This document shows, in pieces, positions 37,605-40,780 of a stretch of 40,780 bases of DNA (position 1 is its first letter; each line of letters starts with the position of its first letter). The notes beneath the pieces are model-generated. The model had not been told where the DNA came from and ran no database searches. It saw nothing but the letters and a program-made list of their open reading frames with translations. The position numbers and the translations under genes are program-made. The DNA is from Oscillospiraceae bacterium (GTDB taxonomy: Bacteria; Bacillota; Clostridia; Oscillospirales; Ruminococcaceae): positions 1 through 40,780 of the forward strand of contig JAHHUA010000001.1 of the NCBI GenBank assembly GCA_020024235.1. Reading direction: 5' to 3'.

Positions 37605-38227
37605 TATGCATACACCTCCTGAATTTTTTCGCATGCTTCCTTGGCAATAATCATCTTATCACAGTTAAGAATATCATAAACATTCAATGTGTTGTAAAGA
37701 GTTGTCTTTACTCCAGGAATGTTAGCAGCGTTCTTAATTACCTTTTCGTCAACTGCTGGCATAACGATAAGAGATTTCTTACCTGCGCCCAATGCGGAAA
37801 GCATTTTAACCATGTCCTTAGTTTTGTATGAATCAAAAGCGATTTTATCAACTACGATAAAGTTTTGTTCGGAAACCTTGGATGAGAAAGCGGATTTAAT
37901 AGCAAGTTTCTTAACTTTTCTGTTAAGTGTGTAGCTGTAATCTCTTGGCTTCGGACCGAGAGCGATACCACCGTGTCTCCATTGAGGAGCTCTGATGGAA
38001 CCCTGTCTTGCGTGTCCTGTTTTCTTTTGGCTCCAAGGCTTACGGCCACCGCCGCTTACCTCTGTTCTTGTCAAAGTGGACTGTGTGCCTTGACGCTGAT
38101 TTGCGAGGTAATTTACTACTGCAGCGTGCATAACTACTTTGTTAGGTTCAATACCGAAGATGGCATCAGAAAGGTTCATCTTGCCTACCTCTTTACCGGT
38201 CATATCTAATACGTTAACCTCTGGCAT
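37604..38227 (-). CDS. rplD: 50S ribosomal protein L4
   Basis: 207 aa with the motif RTEVSGGGRKPWSQKKTGHARQGSIRAPQWRHGG. Confidence 0.96.
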   Translation of the reverse strand: MPEVNVLDMTGKEVGKMNLSDAIFGIEPNKVVMHAAVVNYLANQRQGTQSTLTRTEVSGGGRKPWSQKKTGHARQGSIRAPQWRHGGIALGPKPRDYSYTLNRKVKKLAIKSAFSSKVSEQNFIVVDKIAFDSYKTKDMVKMLSALGAGKKSLIVMPAVDEKVIKNAANIPGVKTTLYNTLNVYDILNCDKMIIAKEACEKIQEVYA

Positions 38228-38244
38228 CGTGATTCCTCCTTCCC

Positions 38245-38880
38245 TTACGCCTTTTTAACGCTGTCGTTGATGTAAACCACGCCACCCTTAGGGCCTGGAA
38301 TAGCACCCTTCAGCGCTATAAGATTGTTTTCTGCATCTATCTTAACAATTTCCAAGTTTTGAACTGTTACTTTTTCTGCACCCATATGTCCAGGAAGAGC
38401 CTTGCCCTTCATAACTCTTGATGGGTCGGAACAAGCACCGATAGAACCCGGATGTCTGTGTGTTAAGGATGTACCGTGTGTTTCTTTCAAACGTGCTTGG
38501 TTATGACGCTTAATAACGCCGGCATAACCTTTACCTTTGCTGATTCCGCTGACATCAACGATGTCACCTTCAGCGAATGTATCAGCTTTAAGAATGTCGC
38601 CTACATTTACTGCAGAGCAATCGGAGAGTCTGAATTCTTTGAGTGTTCTCTTGTAAGCAACATCAGCCTTAGCGAAGTGTCCCTTCATAGGCTTGTTTAC
38701 ATTTTTTTCTGCCATGTTGCCGAAACCGATCTGCACAGCTTCATATCCGTCGTTTTCGGTTGTTTTCTTTTGAACAACTACGCAGGGTCCTGCTTCAATT
38801 ACTGTTACAGGAATAAATTTTCCTTGTTCGTCAAAAAGTTGGGTCATGCCAATCTTTTTGCCAATGATGCATTTTTGCAT
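38245..38880 (-). CDS. rplC: 50S ribosomal protein L3
   Basis: [29 protein letters not shown]... Confidence 0.96.
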   Translation of the reverse strand: MQKCIIGKKIGMTQLFDEQGKFIPVTVIEAGPCVVVQKKTTENDGYEAVQIGFGNMAEKNVNKPMKGHFAKADVAYKRTLKEFRLSDCSAVNVGDILKADTFAEGDIVDVSGISKGKGYAGVIKRHNQARLKETHGTSLTHRHPGSIGACSDPSRVMKGKALPGHMGAEKVTVQNLEIVKIDAENNLIALKGAIPGPKGGVVYINDSVKKA

Positions 38881-38965
38881 TTTTTTCCTACCTCCTAAGG
38901 TTATTGGTTGGTCTTTTGTTTTGTTCCAACTTGACCCGCTGTAAAGAATTAAACCGTTTAATGTA

Positions 38966-39277
38966 TTACAGTTTAATTTCGATCTCTACACCGGCAGGGA
39001 GCTCAAGGCTTGTGAGCGCTTCAACAGTTTTGTTGGAAGGTCTCAAAATATCAATGAGTCTCTTGTGTGTTCTTGTTTCGAACTGTTCACGGCTGTCTTT
39101 GTTTACGTGAACGGATCTCAGAATTGTAATGATCTCTTTCTCTGTTGGGAGCGGAATAGGACCTGATACTTTAGCTCCTGTTCTCTTTGCTGTTTCCACG
39201 ATCTTTTCTGCGGAAGTATCCACCAATTTATGATCGAAACCCTTTAATCTGATTCTGATTTTTTCTTTGACTGCCAC
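38966..39277 (-). CDS. rpsJ: 30S ribosomal protein S10
   Basis: [40 protein letters not shown]. The ATG at 39283 is only 2 nt from GGAGG. The GTG at 39277 is 8 nt away and is preferred (103 aa). Either start is possible. Confidence 0.94.
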   Translation of the reverse strand: MAVKEKIRIRLKGFDHKLVDTSAEKIVETAKRTGAKVSGPIPLPTEKEIITILRSVHVNKDSREQFETRTHKRLIDILRPSNKTVEALTSLELPAGVEIEIKL

Positions 39278-39283
39278 TTTCAT

Positions 39284-39594
39284 CGCCTCCTTAAATTATA
39301 GCTTCTCAGCGACGCTTTAAATATTGATTATTCTTAAACACTGAGCCGTGTGTTTGTATGGCCAGCATATAAAAAACCGGCGAGCCAATTTTTCGTAAAA
39401 CGACAAAATTACTCAGCCGGGACTTTAAGCATAAACAGAATTAGTCTGTCAGCCATACAAACTTGAAAACACATTTCAAGTGACAATTAAGTCAGTATTT
39501 AAAGTCGCCCGGTTTAAAATCGGACATACTCAGCGAAAATTCCCCACACACAGTGGCAACCTCTCGCATCATCGCATATCTTGTGCAGTCTTTG
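39284..39594 (-). promoter_or_regulatory. Long structured 5' leader of the S10 operon (candidate attenuator / ribosomal leader RNA)
   Basis: About 310 nt between the predicted TSS and the rpsJ SD. It contains several perfect helices of 8-11 bp and an internal terminator. Details are in the findings. Confidence 0.5.
39371..39420 (-). terminator. Intrinsic terminator inside the rpsJ leader (putative attenuator)
   Basis: Minus-strand RNA: CCGGC-U-GAG-U-AAUUUU-G-UCG-UUUUA-CGA-AAAAUU-GG-CUC-GCCGG followed by UUUUUU. This gives about 17 bp with small bulges. It ends about 90 nt before the rpsJ start. Confidence 0.55.
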
Positions 39595-39601
39595 CTCATT
39601 T

Positions 39602-39630
39602 ATAATACACCATACATTGTATAATTGCAA
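39602..39630 (-). promoter_or_regulatory. Sigma-A promoter of the S10 operon
   Basis: Minus strand: TTGCAA (39630-39625), 17-nt spacer, TATTAT (39607-39602). An A-rich UP-like tract (AAAATGAAAAAAAACAC) sits immediately upstream. Confidence 0.7.
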
Positions 39631-39806
39631 GTGTTTTTTTTCATTTTGTATAATTTTTTGCATTTTCTTGCTTTTCAATATATCTAAAGAATTTTAAAGA
39701 CATTATTTGTGCATTATTTACAAAGAGCTCGGCGATATCTCCCTGTGCAGCATTTAAAACCTTTATATAGTATGGGATATGTGGCTGAAATATAACATTT
39801 GGGGTT

Positions 39807-39858
39807 AAAAAATTCCCCGCATATTTTCCGTATTATAAACTGAGAAAATGCGGGGAAT
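39807..39858 (-). terminator. Rho-independent terminator after the lipoprotein gene
   Basis: Minus strand: ATTCCCCGCAT...ATGCGGGGAAT (11-bp perfect base plus inner pairs) followed by TTTTT. Confidence 0.8.
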
Positions 39859-39903
39859 AATGTTTAATTACTGTAGTAAATTTTTTGCAAAGTTACAATG
39901 GTT

Positions 39904-40686
39904 TTATTTTGCCATATTTCCCTTGCGAATTTCCAAATTGTTGTCCTTGGCATATTTTTCAAGGTTAAAGTTGCTTTCAAATTTAAAATTGGAAAGTGCC
40001 AATTTTCTGCCTTTGCTGTTTTCAACATTTACCATAGAAGCTTCACAAAGCATTACATTTGAATCATCTATCTTTACAACTATTGTTACAATATTCTTTG
40101 GCTTTAAGTTTTCATCAAGATAGCTGTCATTGCTGTAACAGTAAATAAGTTGTTCTGTATCTGTAATTTTGGGGAATTTTGATTTATCAGCAAAATCAGC
40201 AGGATAGGACTTAAATGTGCCGCCTCTGATTTGATCACCTACAGCATTAATATCTTTTATAAGATTTACTGCGTAATCACTGTTAAGTAAATCAATAAAA
40301 TATTTTCCGGGAGTGAGTACGGGTTCAATGGGAAGAAAAGTTCCTGACCCTGCTTCTTGCTGGAACATTGTTCCATCTTCAGCAATAGCTACTACTATAT
40401 TGGATACAACTCCGCTTTCTGCTTCATATACATAGCATTTTTTGCCGTCAATATCTTTTTCTTCTTTAAACTTTATTTTTACACCCTTGCCGTATTGCTC
40501 ATTCATTGTCTTTGTGAGCTGTTCTTCCAACTTGCTCTTATCGCTCTTCTTATCATCTTTGTCGGAAGTTGTTTGTGAAGATTGGGCATCAGAAGATGAT
40601 GGAGATGGTTTCTTATCTCTGTCAGTACAGGATGTAGCTGACATCATCATAATACCTGCAAGTAATATTACCAATAACTTTTTCAT
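39904..40686 (-). CDS. Hypothetical lipoprotein
   Basis: Signal peptide MKKLLVILLAGIMMMSATSC with a lipobox Cys, then an S/D/K-rich linker and a domain of about 200 aa that I do not recognise. SD is AGAGGTG. Confidence 0.75.
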   Translation of the reverse strand: MKKLLVILLAGIMMMSATSCTDRDKKPSPSSSDAQSSQTTSDKDDKKSDKSKLEEQLTKTMNEQYGKGVKIKFKEEKDIDGKKCYVYEAESGVVSNIVVAIAEDGTMFQQEAGSGTFLPIEPVLTPGKYFIDLLNSDYAVNLIKDINAVGDQIRGGTFKSYPADFADKSKFPKITDTEQLIYCYSNDSYLDENLKPKNIVTIVVKIDDSNVMLCEASMVNVENSKGRKLALSNFKFESNFNLEKYAKDNNLEIRKGNMAK

Positions 40687-40780
40687 ATTTACACCTCTTA
40701 ATTATTTTCTACCGATATATAATAGCATATATATTTTAAAATTTCAAATATAAAAAAACAAAATTTACAATCCTTTAACC

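Noticed and set aside
39295-39300. Perfect TATAAT hexamer (minus strand) just upstream of the rpsJ SD, considered as a second promoter
   Set aside because: A transcript from here would start inside or after the SD. The best -35 candidate is TTTAAA at 15-16 nt spacing. It is unlikely to be a functional promoter.
39492-39599. 35-aa ORF (MSKDCTRYAMMREVATVCGEFSLSMSDFKPGDFKY) at the very start of the rpsJ leader, considered as a possible leader peptide
   Set aside because: Its ATG begins only 3 nt after the -10 hexamer, so it would lie at or upstream of the TSS. Neither it nor the internal ATGs have an SD. The RNA-structure explanation is better supported.
1-40780. Window-wide search for CRISPR repeats, IS/transposase/integrase genes, prophage genes, toxin-antitoxin pairs, defence-system hallmarks (nucleases, STAND/AAA+ ATPases, methyltransferases, reverse transcriptases), tRNA/rRNA/tmRNA
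   Set aside because: None were found. Every ORF above about 60 aa that is not an antisense shadow has a housekeeping or plausible conserved-hypothetical assignment. The only repeats are the short regulatory-scale ones reported above. I therefore do not claim a novel multi-gene system in this window.

Overview
Housekeeping chromosomal region of a low-GC Firmicute. The Clostridia-like assignment is my inference from gene content and synteny.

**Minus strand, 23.7-39.3 kb.** This is a complete S10-spc-alpha ribosomal supercluster: rpsJ-rplC-rplD-rplW-rplB-rpsS-rplV-rpsC-rplP-rpmC-rpsQ / rplN-rplX-rplE-rpsN(type Z)-rpsH-rplF-rplR-rpsE-rpmD-rplO-secY-adk-map-KOW protein-infA-rpmJ-rpsM-rpsK-rpsD-rpoA-rplQ. 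rpmJ and rpmD fall below the ORF-track cutoff, so I found them by hand translation.

**Start-codon corrections.** Several ORF-track N-termini are over-extended, and I re-set them using Shine-Dalgarno spacing. This affects rplQ, rpsD, rplO, rpsE, rplW, rpsJ, mfd, the DUF896 gene, the GH25 gene and one GNAT gene.

**Rest of the window.**
- Minus-strand operon: DUF45 peptidase, cyclophilin, DUF896, rmuC, alr, GH25 muramidase.
- mfd-tsaD.
- A bactofilin with a long low-complexity arm.
- Two GNAT genes.
- A separately promoted rplM-rpsI pair.
- An alpha/beta-hydrolase gene with a USP-like gene upstream.
- tepA-ylzJ-uppP-ftsK.
- A YgiQ radical SAM gene.
- A ComEC-type MBL hydrolase plus DUF3006 pair.
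- An orphan lipoprotein.

**What is absent.** I found no rRNA, tRNA, CRISPR array, transposase, integrase, phage, toxin-antitoxin or defence-like gene. I see no evidence for a novel multi-gene system.

**Best leads (all cis-regulatory or small, none verified computationally).**
- A roughly 310-nt structured rpsJ leader with an internal intrinsic terminator and competing helices.
- A helically phased 10-bp repeat upstream of the rplM promoter.
- Structured spacers at rpsQ/rplN and rplW/rplB.
- The uncharacterised KOW protein embedded in the r-protein operon.
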